The notes under the pieces are model-generated. The model worked only from the letters and a program-made list of their open reading frames with translations, was not told the DNA's origin and searched no databases. From NCBI GenBank assembly GCA_963756225.1, contig CAVWMZ010000004.1:3412-67411 (forward strand): a DNA stretch of 64,000 nt, given 5' to 3'. Within the stretch, counting starts at the first letter, position 1. The number at the start of each line of letters is the position of its first letter. This stretch comes from Candidatus Staskawiczbacteria bacterium. GTDB lineage: Bacteria > Patescibacteriota > Minisyncoccia > Minisyncoccales > Staskawiczbacteraceae. Below are positions 31,668 through 42,316 of the stretch, in pieces. A program made the translations under genes and the position numbers.

Positions 31668-33774
31668 AAGATTTGGCCAAGGGTGAACGTATTGATTTTT
31701 TAATTTTTACCAAAGCAAATCTTTAATAGTTGGTTTATTTTTTATAGCTCTAAATTTCCATTCTCCCCAAGAGTCCTTATCTGCGTTTAAAGCTTCGCAC
31801 CACAATTTAGCCGACTCCCATTTCGATTGATCCTGCTCTCTCTCTTTTCCCTTAACTTCTAGCATTAAATATTTATTACCTTTCAATTTAATAATGAAAT
31901 CTGGAAAATATGACCTAAGAAGACCTTTATGAATATAAGGAATCGTAAAACCAAGATGGTCATTTTTTACCCAGGCCTCTAAATCATCTATTTCGTTATC
32001 TAAAAATTTACCTATGTTTTCCCATTTACTGTCTTGTACTAGATGACTAATATGACATTTCATTTCTGGCGAGGTGTACGTATCTCTAGTTGTATACCAG
32101 GGAGTCATTACTGCTGTTGTTTTAAACTTATTAACTGGATCGGGTATCGGATAAGATTTTGTATTCTGACTTAAATTAATTGCTTGTCTAATCACAGATG
32201 CTATTTTAGTAGTATTTAAACTGATAAGGATATTTTTATAAACATCGTAATTCTTTTTATCAGCATCAATAATAACTTTTTTTTCTATAAATTCTGAAAC
32301 TATTTTAAATATTTGTTGAAACTTATTACCATCATCAATATTTTTCCAAGTGTCATCTAGCCCACTTTTGATACTGGATGTTATTGAAAATAAGCTTTGT
32401 TTTAATCTTATGTCTTTACCTAAATATTCATTAATAGAAAGCATTTTTTGAGAGAGAGAAAAATCTGGCCTCTCAATTGTTGGAGCTACCTGAACCCATA
32501 CTGGATCCTCTGTTGATGATAAGGTGATTTTTTCAGTTTTCTCCCAGTTTATATCTATAAAATATTCTATTTCTCTCTGCACCCTAAGTATGTTGGGGAA
32601 AAGTATTTGGTATTCTTTCTTATCTTTTAATACCTGTATAAATGTTTTAGGTTTTTCATCAATTGGCCCATCTTTAGGTTTTCCTTCTATCGGCAAGAAT
32701 GTGAAGGGAATACCAAAAACTGTTACGTATTCTGCTGTAAGTAATCCTGTTTCTGGATTTACATCATAGCTCATTCTTCTTAATCCCCTTCCTACGACTT
32801 GTTCACAAAGTAGTTGGGATGTAAAAGCTCTTAATCCAAGTATTTGTTTTACATTGTTTGCATCCCACCCTTCAGATAGCATATTTACACCAACAACACA
32901 GTGAATATTTTCCTCCGGGTTTACCTGGCTTACCTACGGTGTTAAATTTTTCTCTTAAAATATTATCTTCAATATCTTCCGCAGTACTATCAACTCGTAT
33001 AATATTCTCTCTTTCAGCTATTTGTGATACGCCCAAATTACTATTTAAAATTGAAAATTCTATTCTTTTTGAAGTATATGTATTATTACAAATAACTATC
33101 ATTGACGGCGGAATATGTTTCCCCCAATTTTCTTTTATGCCCAACCAATCGGTAGAAAGTATTTTAAATGCAGTACGAACAAGGTCTGGCAAATCAATGT
33201 TTGATTCACATTTTTGATTAAGATTTTCTTTTATCCCATCTTCGTAATATATATGAAATAACTTTGACCTATCAACGACCTGGTCTGATGGATAAGAACT
33301 ATCTTTAACTGCAATGGTGGGAGTTTTTACTAGACCTGACTCAATAGCATCATGTAATCCAAAGTCTGATATTATCCAATTAAATAGTTTAAACCCCGTG
33401 TTTGAAGTACGTCCCTTAGGAACAAATGGCGTTGCAGACAAATCGTACGCAGTGATAATTCCTCGTGCTTTATGAATCTTATCCAATCCCTGTATCCAAA
33501 TTGTAGCTTCTTCATTTTCTTTTTCTTCTTCTCCTTTTTCTTCTTTTGATCTTCCAATCTCGGCTGTATCCCTGTGACAATGATGAGCTTCATCATTTAT
33601 AACAACGATAGGAGCACTACCTGGGAATTCCGAAATTACTCTTTTAGCAAAAGCACTATCGCTCTCTTCTCCCATTGATTCTCTCATCACTTTTGGTAAA
33701 GAACCATTTTTTTTTGGAGCTAATATATGCCAATTAAAGACAACCTGCAAGGTACCCATTTCTTCGGACACTGA

Positions 33775-34587
33775 TTATACAGATAAGCTTGACCTTTCGT
33801 AATGATTTCTCGCAAATTCCGCAGGCGGCATTTTCAGCGATGTCTGGATTCTGGTGTTGTTGTAATTATGGATTGTTTTGTATATCGCCCACACTAATTC
33901 TCCTAAATGGTTGAATCTGTTTGGATCTCCTAAATCAACTTTGAATTGGGAATAAAATGATTCTTGGTATCCGTTTTCCCACGGGCAGCCTTTCTCGCTC
34001 ATCGATGGATTGATTCCCAGATTGTTTTGCAATGCGACGTAATCTTTTGAAGCGTATTCTGAACCTTGGTCTGAATGGGCGATTTCCGGAACCGGATGGT
34101 TTGATACAGCCGATAAAAGAGCGTTCATTACGAGACTGCTGGAATGGTTCAGCAAGACGGAAAATCCGACAATTTCCTTCGTGAATAAATCAAGCACAGT
34201 TGCAAGGTACACTGTTCGCTTTTTGAATTGGATGTAAGTGAAGTCGGAAACCCAGATGTGATTCGGATAACTCGGACAATTTGTTAAAAGCAAATTTGGG
34301 AATTGCTCTGAATATTCTTTTTTGACTTTTTTCCATTTTTTCCCTCTGCGTCGATACGGCTTGATGCCGAATATTTTCATTACTCGCAATGTTCTCTTTT
34401 TGTTGATTTTTAAATGCATCGCCAATCTTTTGTGTCCGTAGCTGGGAAATTCTCTGAGCGTTAATTCAATCTGCTGTTTTAGTATCCAATCTTTGTCCGG
34501 CTGTTTGTGATGGTAGTAAAGCATTGAACGGGACATCCTTGCCGCTTTGCTAAACTGTGTTTTATCTAATGAACAATCTTTACTCAA
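33775..34587 (-). CDS. IS3-family transposase OrfB (DDE integrase core)
   Basis: WVSDFTY, HSDQGSEY and PWENGYQESF motifs. Confidence 0.85.
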   Translation of the reverse strand: MSKDCSLDKTQFSKAARMSRSMLYYHHKQPDKDWILKQQIELTLREFPSYGHKRLAMHLKINKKRTLRVMKIFGIKPYRRRGKKWKKVKKEYSEQFPNLLLTNCPSYPNHIWVSDFTYIQFKKRTVYLATVLDLFTKEIVGFSVLLNHSSSLVMNALLSAVSNHPVPEIAHSDQGSEYASKDYVALQNNLGINPSMSEKGCPWENGYQESFYSQFKVDLGDPNRFNHLGELVWAIYKTIHNYNNTRIQTSLKMPPAEFARNHYERSSLSV

Positions 34588-34853
34588 TCCTTTTTTTGGG
34601 CTTGGGATAGCTTTATGGTCAGCGAACCTACCAGTTCCAGCAGTCCTTTATTTTCTTTTTTCACTCTGGCGAACTCGGCCCACGATGGATTTCCCGATAC
34701 TCCCTTGGTCAGCCACTTGTAAATCGTGGCTTCGGACACGCCGTGATCCTGGCTGGCTTGGGCAACACTCACGCCTTCGTCCCTTACTCGCTTTAATATC
34801 TGGTCTTTTACTTCTTTGGCTACGTGGTAGCCTTTTTTAGTTGTAGTTGTCAT
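34584..34853 (-). CDS. IS3-family transposase OrfA (HTH)
   Basis: HTH region plus leucine-zipper-like tail. Overlaps orfB at the slippery site. Confidence 0.8.
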   Translation of the reverse strand: MTTTTKKGYHVAKEVKDQILKRVRDEGVSVAQASQDHGVSEATIYKWLTKGVSGNPSWAEFARVKKENKGLLELVGSLTIKLSQAQKKD

Positions 34854-35343
34854 ATTATCTTTTACCCCTATTATACATTTACATTGTTAATATTCAAACC
34901 CGTAGAAAGAGTGTCTGAATTTTGGGGTACCTGCCAACCACTTTTGATTGATAAATATATTCTTTTAATGACGAGGGTACAATATTAAACTCATCATAAT
35001 AATTTCCTGCACTGCTTGGGATAAGAACAGCTAACCTTTCTTTAACGGTTATTCCCGGGGCCATCACAAGAATATTTTTTGAAAATCTTGCGTCTTTAGG
35101 ATTAGTTATTTTGTTTAAAGCTTGCCATGCTATTATCATCGCCATAATTACTGTTTTCCCCGTACCAGTAGCAAGTTTCGTGCAAGCTCTTAGCCATTCA
35201 CTATCACTATTATCTTTAAGATTTATTCCCACCTTCATAGAATCAGGAGCTTCTGTAAGCCATACAATAGTTTCTTGTACTGACCCCCGTATGTAGACAA
35301 AAGGTTGAAACCTAATGTAATATGGGGAAAACACAAAAAACAC

Positions 35344-35598
35344 ATGAAAAAAGGATACAAAATATCACAGGAAGTAAAAGATCAAATATTAAAACGAGTC
35401 AAAGAAGACGGAGTCACGGTGATCCAGGCAGCCCAGGAACACGGAGTCCATGAGTCAACAATTTATGGCTGGCTAGGCAAGGGAGCCGAATCTGGCTCCA
35501 CAGCAGAACTGCTTAAACTTAAGCGTGAAAAGAAAATGCTACTGGAACTAGTGGGAGAAATGACGCTGAAGTTATCCGAATCCCAAAAAAAGAGTTGA
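35344..35598 (+). CDS. IS3-family transposase OrfA
   Basis: Paralogous to the IS-A OrfA (KGYKISQEVKDQILKRVKEDGV..). Confidence 0.8.
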   Translation: MKKGYKISQEVKDQILKRVKEDGVTVIQAAQEHGVHESTIYGWLGKGAESGSTAELLKLKREKKMLLELVGEMTLKLSESQKKS

Positions 35599-36404
35599 TT
35601 GAAAAACAGGAAGAGAAAGAAAACAAGAGCTTAATGGCAAAAGCTCTCGGAGTTTCAAGATCAGCGATTTACTACCGATCAAAGAAATTAGCCAAAGATT
35701 GGGAATTAAAAATCAAAATTGAAAAAGTATTAACTGATGATCCGAGTTATGGATACAGAAGGGTGGCTGACGCATTGCACATAAACAAGAAAAAAGCACA
35801 AAGGGTGATGAAATTATTCGGTATGAAGGCCTATCGCCGAAGAGGCAGAAAACCAAGGAAAAAAGGTGTTGCAAACACATTTTTTCCAAATCTGCTGAAA
35901 ATGAATTTCCCGCAATATCCGAATCACATCTGGGTTTCAGATTTCACCTACATACCGTTCCAAAACAAATTTGTTTATCTGGCTACGGTCATGGATTTGT
36001 TCACAAGAGAGGTTGTTGGCTGGTCAGTTCTTACCAATCATTCCGTGCAATTGACGCTGCAATCACTGTTTACTGCATTAACTTATCATTCCAGGCCTGA
36101 AATATTTCATTCGGATAACGGACGCGAATACGGGGCAAAATTGTTTATCCGGGCATTAACCGAATTCGGCATAAACATATCCCGCTCAAACAAAAAATCT
36201 CCGTGGGAAAACGGATACCAAGAAAGTTTTTACTCCCAATTCAAAGTTGACTTAGGAGATCCAAACAGATTCAAAACATTGGGGGAGCTGGTTTACGAAA
36301 TACACCACCTTATCTGGAAATACAATCACACGAGAATTCACTCCGCCTTACGCATGCCGCCGTGTTGTTCGCTAAACGATGCCAAAACGTTCAAAAACAT
36401 TTAG
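35595..36404 (+). CDS. IS3-family transposase OrfB
   Basis: WVSDFTY, HSDNGREY and PWENGYQESF motifs. Confidence 0.85.
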   Translation: MIEKQEEKENKSLMAKALGVSRSAIYYRSKKLAKDWELKIKIEKVLTDDPSYGYRRVADALHINKKKAQRVMKLFGMKAYRRRGRKPRKKGVANTFFPNLLKMNFPQYPNHIWVSDFTYIPFQNKFVYLATVMDLFTREVVGWSVLTNHSVQLTLQSLFTALTYHSRPEIFHSDNGREYGAKLFIRALTEFGINISRSNKKSPWENGYQESFYSQFKVDLGDPNRFKTLGELVYEIHHLIWKYNHTRIHSALRMPPCCSLNDAKTFKNI

Positions 36405-36430
36405 AGAAAGTGTCTTAAAAACGGGGGTCA

Positions 36431-36626
36431 GCCCACTAGCTTCAACTTTGAGAGCTGAAAAATATGATTTGTATTCTCTCGGATAGCGAGTTTTTATTTC
36501 CTCCAAGCTCATAGATAATAACTCCTGCCTAAAATTTTCGGGCTTGATTCTACCGCCAAGCAACGATTCTGCTTTACCGAGCTGATTATCTAATTCTTCT
36601 GGCGTTTTATCTCTAAAATTTTCCAT
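36431..36626 (-). pseudogene. Possible N-terminal fragment of the IS-disrupted Res-like gene
   Basis: The ORF runs straight into the right end of IS-B, and the last 19 codons of the track ORF are IS-derived. Assignment to the Res gene rests on position only. Confidence 0.3.
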
Positions 36627-36672
36627 AAAATTTATATATTGTTTTTATTTAATCCTATCAAAAACCCCTCAA

Positions 36673-37282
36673 TTAAAAAGTTACAGACTTAATGAAGGGT
36701 ATGAGTTTTTTCCCAATTACTTCTTGTCTGAATGTAGCCCGTTCTTTTTCGCTCATTTCTGAAATATATTTTCCACTGGTAGGGTCAATCTGGATAGATT
36801 CAAGAGGATAACCCGGAATACGCGAATTGCTTACCTTGCTGGTGAATACCCTAGGAGACACTATTGTTATTCCATGTTTTTCTCCTAACGAGGTAATGAA
36901 GCAGATAGCAAATTCAAATCTCCCATTAATTCTACCGCCAAGTTTTTTAACTAAATTAGAATAATAACTCAACATTTCTTCGTCAGTGGCCCTGTCGTTA
37001 GAGTTTTTGATTCTCCTAACATTGAGTCCCGGCTGTTTCTTCTGGCCTCAATCCATCTAGATACAAGGCGTTATCCATCGATAGAACATTTTTACCTAAG
37101 ACCTTGGCGTAAGCCAGTGCTTTTTTCTGAGCATTCTGCTGTGGAGTTTTACCATCTTCTTCCACATCGGGCAATATAGCATCTTTACTAATGCCATTTA
37201 TTATTATTTCAAGAGGTTGAAGCGCGTCTCTTATTTGTTCTATTTTAGCAGGATTAGTTGTGCCGACTATAATTTCTTTCAT
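36673..37282 (-). pseudogene. Ham1/RdgB-family non-canonical purine NTP pyrophosphatase, one frameshift as sequenced
   Basis: N-terminal GTTNPAKIEQI..SMDNALYLDGL. After a shift near 37020 it continues EEQPGLNVRRI...MLSYYSNLV... Length is 3n+1. Confidence 0.6.
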
Positions 37283-37330
37283 ATATTTACTTTTATTTTA
37301 TCAAAAAAACCACCTCAATTAAAAGGTGGC

Positions 37331-37343
37331 TTTGTCGCACAAT
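37331..37343 (-). repeat. Intergenic motif copy 5: ATTGTGCGACAAA
   Basis: Exact core on the minus strand, 4 nt after the cupin stop. It is immediately followed by terminator hairpin CCACC/GGTGG (37311-37330) plus a T-run. Confidence 0.9.
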
Positions 37344-37347
37344 AAAA

Positions 37348-37720
37348 TCACCTTATTCTGCCATAATCATCTTCAAATCTAATTATGTCTTCCTCATCAA
37401 AAAGTCCAAAAGAAATTTCAAGAACCTTGCCTGTTTTTTTAGTGCCGATTAGTCTGTGTTTAGCGCCTTTTGGAATATTTATCTGCTGTCCCTTTTTAAG
37501 TTTATGCTCTACGCCCTCTATAACTGCAACAACTTCTCCTTTGATGCAAAGCCAAAATTCTTCACGATTTTTGTGCTTTTGATAAGAAAGACGACTTTTA
37601 GGATTTACTGTTAATATCTTAACCGTTGATTGCTCATTAAGAGTAAACTGTTTCGAATTTGCCCCATGGTTTTTCTACCACCAAAATTTTACGATTATTT
37701 CTTAATTTTTTAGCCTTCAT
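37348..37720 (-). pseudogene. Small cupin, mannose-6-phosphate isomerase type II C-terminal-domain-like, one frameshift as sequenced
   Basis: Minus-strand reading gives KPWGKFE..VKILTVNPKSRLSYQKHKNREEFW..IPKGAKHRLIG..FGLFDEEDIIRFEDDYGR. ATGA overlap with the tag stop. Missed by the ORF track because of the shift near 37640. Confidence 0.65.
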
Positions 37721-38298
37721 TTTTTATTGCTAATTTTATTATTTCGATTCTTCCTGAAGCACTTTTCCATATGGTCGTTAACCATTCCTGATGCCTGCAT
37801 ATGGGCATAAATTGTCGTTGGTCCGAGAAACTTGAATCCCCTATTTTTTAGGTCTTTAGCCAAGGCGATAGCTTCGTTGCTTATGGGTTTATAATCCCCC
37901 GCCTTTTTAATATGATTATCTATTGGCTTATTGTCCACAAATTTCCAAATATATTTAGAGAAGGTACCAAATTCTTTTTTTGTTTTCAAGAATATTTTGG
38001 CATTATTAACTGCTGCATTCATTTTGGCCTTGTTTCTTATAATGCCCTTGTTATTAAGCAACTTGTTAATTTTACTTTTTGAAAATTTAGAAATTTTTAC
38101 CGGATCAAAATTAGCAAATAATTTTTTAAAATTTTGGCGTTTGTTTAAAATGGTCCTCCAGCTTAATCCTGCCTGGAAGCTTTCTAGCATTAAAAATTCA
38201 AATATTTTTTTGTCGTTATATAAAGGAACGCCCCATTCTGTGTCGTGGTATGTGGTCATCAAATCGTCGCCATCTTTTACCCAATCGCACCGATTAAT
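37717..38298 (-). CDS. tag: DNA-3-methyladenine glycosylase I
   Basis: YHDTEWGVP and QAGLSW motifs. The conserved N-terminal RCDW (zinc ligand) lies upstream of the track start. This implies a start at the ATT codon 38296-38298, or an error there. Confidence 0.8.
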   Translation of the reverse strand: MNRCDWVKDGDDLMTTYHDTEWGVPLYNDKKIFEFLMLESFQAGLSWRTILNKRQNFKKLFANFDPVKISKFSKSKINKLLNNKGIIRNKAKMNAAVNNAKIFLKTKKEFGTFSKYIWKFVDNKPIDNHIKKAGDYKPISNEAIALAKDLKNRGFKFLGPTTIYAHMQASGMVNDHMEKCFRKNRNNKISNKK

Positions 38299-38310
38299 AT
38301 TTTTTCTGTA

Positions 38311-38781
38311 TTATTGGCCATTCATCACGCTTAAGAGCGCTTCGGCCGCTTCGGCTCCTTTGTTATTTTGTTTTCCGGAACGGTCTTTGGCCTGCTTTAA
38401 ATTAGAAACTGTTATAACTCCAAAAGAAATTGGTATAGATTCTTCAAGCATAACCGTCATAATGCCTCTCGTGGTTTCTCCTGCAATATAATAATAGTGA
38501 TCGGTGCCGCCTTTAATAACTGCTCCAAGAGTTATTATGCCGTCAAATTTCTTTGTTTTAGCCAAGATCTGACATGTCAATGGTATTTCAAACGAGCCGG
38601 GCACATGAACAATTTTAATATTATTATTTTTAAAACCCTGCTCGGCAAAAAAATCCAAGGCGCCGACTAAAAGATTTCCAGTAATGTCAGAATTAAAATC
38701 TGCAACCACGATAGCTATTTTGTGCTTGTCCCAATTCTTTAATAGAGCTCCTTTTTCTTTTTTATTATTTTTTCTTTGCAT
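38311..38781 (-). CDS. ribH: 6,7-dimethyl-8-ribityllumazine synthase
   Basis: VPGSFEIP and LGAVIKGGTDHY motifs. Confidence 0.9.
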   Translation of the reverse strand: MQRKNNKKEKGALLKNWDKHKIAIVVADFNSDITGNLLVGALDFFAEQGFKNNNIKIVHVPGSFEIPLTCQILAKTKKFDGIITLGAVIKGGTDHYYYIAGETTRGIMTVMLEESIPISFGVITVSNLKQAKDRSGKQNNKGAEAAEALLSVMNGQ

Positions 38782-39370
38782 GTGTATTATTTTTTAAAAT
38801 ATTAAAAATATATTTTGCTATTATATCTGTTTCTATGTTAACTAAATCGCCTACTTTTTTATCTCTAAAATTTGTGTTCGTAATAGTATAATCTACCAAT
38901 GAAACCGTAAACCGTTTGTCTTTAGCATCTACTACGGTTAGGCTGATTCCGTCTACGGCAACAGATCCTTTCGGAGCAATATATTTCATAAAATCTTTTG
39001 GAACTTCCATGGTTATAACTTTCGAATCCCCCATTACGTCTATACGTATAATTTTACCAACAGTGTCCACATGCCCCGAAACTAAATGCCCATCAATAAG
39101 ATCGCTTAACTTTAAACTTTTCTCTAAATTAATGATCAGGCCAGCAAGCCATTTTAAAGCAGTTGTCTTGCTTGTGGTTTCTGGCATATATTCTACTAAA
39201 AAACTTTTCTTTGATACATTTTTTACAGTTGAGCAAATACCATTAATTGAAACGCTTTCCCCTTTCTTCAATTTCCATCCCGACGGCAAAAAAATTTCAA
39301 CAAAAAGACTTTTGTTTTTTAGTGATACTTTTTTTATTTTTTCTGTTTTTCTAACTATGCCTGTAAACAT
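38765..39370 (-). CDS. ribE: Riboflavin synthase alpha chain
   Basis: MFTGIV N-terminus and a duplicated lumazine-binding barrel. Confidence 0.9.
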   Translation of the reverse strand: MFTGIVRKTEKIKKVSLKNKSLFVEIFLPSGWKLKKGESVSINGICSTVKNVSKKSFLVEYMPETTSKTTALKWLAGLIINLEKSLKLSDLIDGHLVSGHVDTVGKIIRIDVMGDSKVITMEVPKDFMKYIAPKGSVAVDGISLTVVDAKDKRFTVSLVDYTITNTNFRDKKVGDLVNIETDIIAKYIFNILKNNTHAKKK

Positions 39371-40322
39371 TTTTATATTGTAATATTTCCAGCTGCCGTG
39401 GTAACTTTTTTAATAGATTTTTCTGTCATGATAATATCTTAACAAAAAATCCCATCAATTAAAAGGTGATTTTATTGCGTAATAATATCTTTATTGAACG
39501 TACTGCTAATGTTATGATAATCCGATAATTTTTTTCCTTGTATAAAATATAGTTATAAGCGCCACAGACCAGTTTATTAGGAATACCGAAATCCAAATTC
39601 CGTCTATTTTAAAATAAAAAGATAAGAAAGAAAACATAATTAAAGGAAAAATAATTTGTCGAGCCAATCCAATATATAAAGCGTACATTGGTTTTTGCAA
39701 TCCTTGCAGAGCAGAAACATTTAGAAACAAAAGCAAATAAGCCCAGGTTAAAAATGAAGCATAAATTAAATAATGAGCGCCAATATTTATCACATCCACA
39801 TCAGAAGTGAATATTCTCATTAGATATTTGGCAAAAAATAATAAGCAGACAGTCCCAAATGTCATTAAATAAAGCCCGTATTTTGTTGTGATTTTTATGG
39901 TTTCTCTTACTCTGTCAAATTTTTTTGCTCCGTTATTCTGACCAACCAATGTTAATGTGGCAATGCTTAGTCCAACCGTAGGCAGTAAAAACAACTGCTC
40001 TATTCTGGTTGCTATTCCGTAGGCTGCAACAGAATCTTTCCCAAATATAGATATAAAATAAGTTATAACAAATATGCCAACCCCAACGCTAGCAGTATTT
40101 AGGGCTGACGGAAGACCCTGATTTATTATTCCCAAATAAGGTTCTTTCTGCGGCATTATTTTTTTAAGACTGGGCGCTTCAAATAAAAAAGTTTTTGAGG
40201 CTTTAAGCCCCATATAAATTGTTCCGCCAGCTTGCACTAAAACCGTTGCAAGGGCGACTCCGGCTACGCCAAGTTTTGGCAAGCCAAACCATCCAAACAT
40301 AAGTATCGGATCTAAAAGAATA

Positions 40323-41087
40323 GGCTCTAGACTAGCAGTCTGTCATGGTATAATGACAAAATGTTAGTAAATAGTCTCAAAAAATCTAAATTATTGACAT
40401 TTAAAATTAAAAAAATTATTGAACACTTTTGTTTGGATATTAACGCCTCCAAAGCAGCTCCTCTGGTGGGCGTAAATCGCAACACGATAAATTACTGGTA
40501 CAACAGATTTCGTGTGGCAATTTATGCTCATCAGCACAAAGAATTTGAAAAGATTTTCGGTGAAGCGGAAGTGGACGAATCATATTTTGGAGCAAGGCGC
40601 AAACGCGGATTTCACGGCAAGCTGAAACGCGGACGAGGCACGCAGAAGCAACCGGTGTTCGGAATACTGAAACGCAACGGACATGTTTACACGGAAATTG
40701 TTCCTAACTGTAAAAAAGACATTCTGCAAAGCATTATCAGAGGGAAAGTAGATAAATCAGCAGTAATTTATTCGGACAGCTGGCGTAGCTATGACGGACT
40801 TGTTGATGTAGGATACGACAAACATTTCAGGGTTAATCACGGAGACAATGAATTTGCAAGGAAAGGTACAGGTATTCACATCAACGGCATTGAAAATTTC
40901 TGGAGCTTCACCAAACGTCAACTGGCTAAATTTAATGGTGTAAAAAAGAATTTTGAACTGCATCTTAAAGAGTCAGAGTGGCGCTACGGAAAAACAAATG
41001 ATACAATGAAAAAGGAATTGTGGAAAATTATTAAAAAATATTATTAAATTAATCGGCTACTTTGACTAGTCTTGCTAGTCTAGAGCC
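40323..41087 (+). mobile_element. IS1595-family insertion sequence, copy 2
   Basis: Same inverted repeats as copy 1. Target duplication AAGAATA at 40316-40322 and 41088-41094. Confidence 0.9.
40361..41047 (+). CDS. IS1595-family transposase
   Basis: Differs from copy 1 by 2 aa (S12L, R187Q). Confidence 0.8.
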   Translation: MLVNSLKKSKLLTFKIKKIIEHFCLDINASKAAPLVGVNRNTINYWYNRFRVAIYAHQHKEFEKIFGEAEVDESYFGARRKRGFHGKLKRGRGTQKQPVFGILKRNGHVYTEIVPNCKKDILQSIIRGKVDKSAVIYSDSWRSYDGLVDVGYDKHFRVNHGDNEFARKGTGIHINGIENFWSFTKRQLAKFNGVKKNFELHLKESEWRYGKTNDTMKKELWKIIKKYY

Positions 41088-41737
41088 AAGAATATTAGCG
41101 AATAGGCCAACTATTAAAAAATTCCGGAAAGTTTTGGTATCTCCGATAGAATTTAGGATTGCATTAAATACATAAACCATTATGAAAAATATAGTTCCAT
41201 AAAAAATCATATTCATAAAGGCAAGTGATAAGCCTAGATAGCTCCCCTCTGCTCCCAATAACTTAAATAAATATGGCGATGCCAATATCCCAATTATCAT
41301 AATTGGAATAGAAATTAAAATACCAAAAGATATTGCCTGCAAACTATAGCGCTTTCCTTCTTCGTGATTTTTTCTGCCCAGATGATTAGAAATTATTGCG
41401 GTAGCTCCCGTGGATAGTCCTGTGCCAATTGATATTAAAATAAAGAAAATTGGAAACGATAAAGACAACGCAGCAATTGCCTGAGTTGAAATTAACCCAG
41501 AATAGATAGTATCTACAATATTAAATAATGTATTAAAAAAGAATCCGATAATGGCGGGCACAGCCATCATTTTTACTAGTCCGGCAATTGGCTCCGACGT
41601 TAAATTTGAATCTTTTGTGTCCATCTTGAATAAATTTAATAATAATGATTACTATTAATTATTATACTTTGCCTAAAGCATTAAATCAATCTAAAAGCCG
41701 CTTAATTAAAGGCGGCTTTATTGGATTCCGCGATAGC

Positions 41738-42214
41738 TTATTTTTTCTTTAAAGGATACTCAAGCTCTATTTCGTCTCTGATAGGTATGTCAAAGTATCC
41801 CTTTTCTGGAATTATTTGTCCAAGGTCGCGGCTTTTTTGTATAGCGTTTATATTGATTCCCCTTAAAACAAATCCTCTCTTCTGATAAAAACGAATAGCA
41901 TTTATATTGTCGTTAGTGGTCATTAACCAAAGCCTGGAGACACTTATTTTTTTAGCTTTTTCAATAATCGACCCTACTAGGGCCGTGCCAATCCCCTGCC
42001 CCTCTTTTAGCGAATCCAGTGAAACAATTTCGCACTCACTATTTTTTATATGGTAAGTTAAAAGACCAACTATTTTATCGTTCTCAAAAACAAAAAAGCC
42101 CGGCAAGTCCTTACCATAAAGTTTTTCAGTGCCAGAAACAATAAAATTACTGCCCCAGCGCTTAACCAGAAAATCGGACACCCTGCCATCTTTTTGAAAT
42201 TCTTGAATATTCAT
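41738..42214 (-). CDS. GNAT-family N-acetyltransferase
   Basis: EGQGIGTALV acetyl-CoA motif and FYQKRGF. Confidence 0.75.
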   Translation of the reverse strand: MNIQEFQKDGRVSDFLVKRWGSNFIVSGTEKLYGKDLPGFFVFENDKIVGLLTYHIKNSECEIVSLDSLKEGQGIGTALVGSIIEKAKKISVSRLWLMTTNDNINAIRFYQKRGFVLRGININAIQKSRDLGQIIPEKGYFDIPIRDEIELEYPLKKK

Positions 42215-42316
42215 TTAATTTTGACGATATTTCATTTTGCCTTTTCTAAACTAAAAATGCAAATAAAAAGCCATCCTCACAATTAAGCAAGATGGCCGTC
42301 GAACTAATATGTATTA

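Larger units (their letters stand above)
33751..34931 (-). mobile_element. IS3-family insertion sequence (IS-A)
   Basis: Has the orfA/orfB arrangement. An A7G slippery run lies at 34591-34598 (plus-strand TTTTTTTG complement). Imperfect terminal inverted repeats are GGTACCC(A/C).. at both ends. Confidence 0.8.
31707..35280 (-). pseudogene. Type III restriction Res-like helicase-nuclease (SF2 helicase plus C-terminal PD-(D/E)xK), disrupted by IS3 elements and a frameshift
   Basis: Walker A TGTGKT lies in fragment 34932-35280 and DEAH (VINDEAHH) in 32872-33750. Motif VI (QVVGRGLRR) and the nuclease motif (PDFII..LEVKGKE) lie in 31707-32882. A frameshift is near 32900. IS-A is inserted at 33751-34931. 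Confidence 0.7.
35281..36430 (+). mobile_element. IS3-family insertion sequence (IS-B), diverged from IS-A and in opposite orientation
   Basis: Terminal inverted repeats TGACCCCCGT (35281-35290) and ACGGGGGTCA (36421-36430). A7G slippery run at 35585-35592. Confidence 0.85.
39512..41624 (-). pseudogene. MATE-family efflux transporter split by IS1595 copy 2
   Basis: The N-terminal half (41088-41624) and C-terminal half (39512-40322) join precisely across the IS once the 7-bp duplication is removed. The sequence is typical of MATE TM repeats. Confidence 0.8.

Noticed and set aside
37385-37582. Plus-strand ORF of 65 aa
   Set aside because: The opposite strand encodes a recognisable cupin (phosphomannose-isomerase-like) with conserved motifs.
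39371-39511. FMN riboswitch upstream of ribE-ribH
   Set aside because: No FMN-element core sequence could be read. There is only a short AT-rich leader with a weak hairpin.
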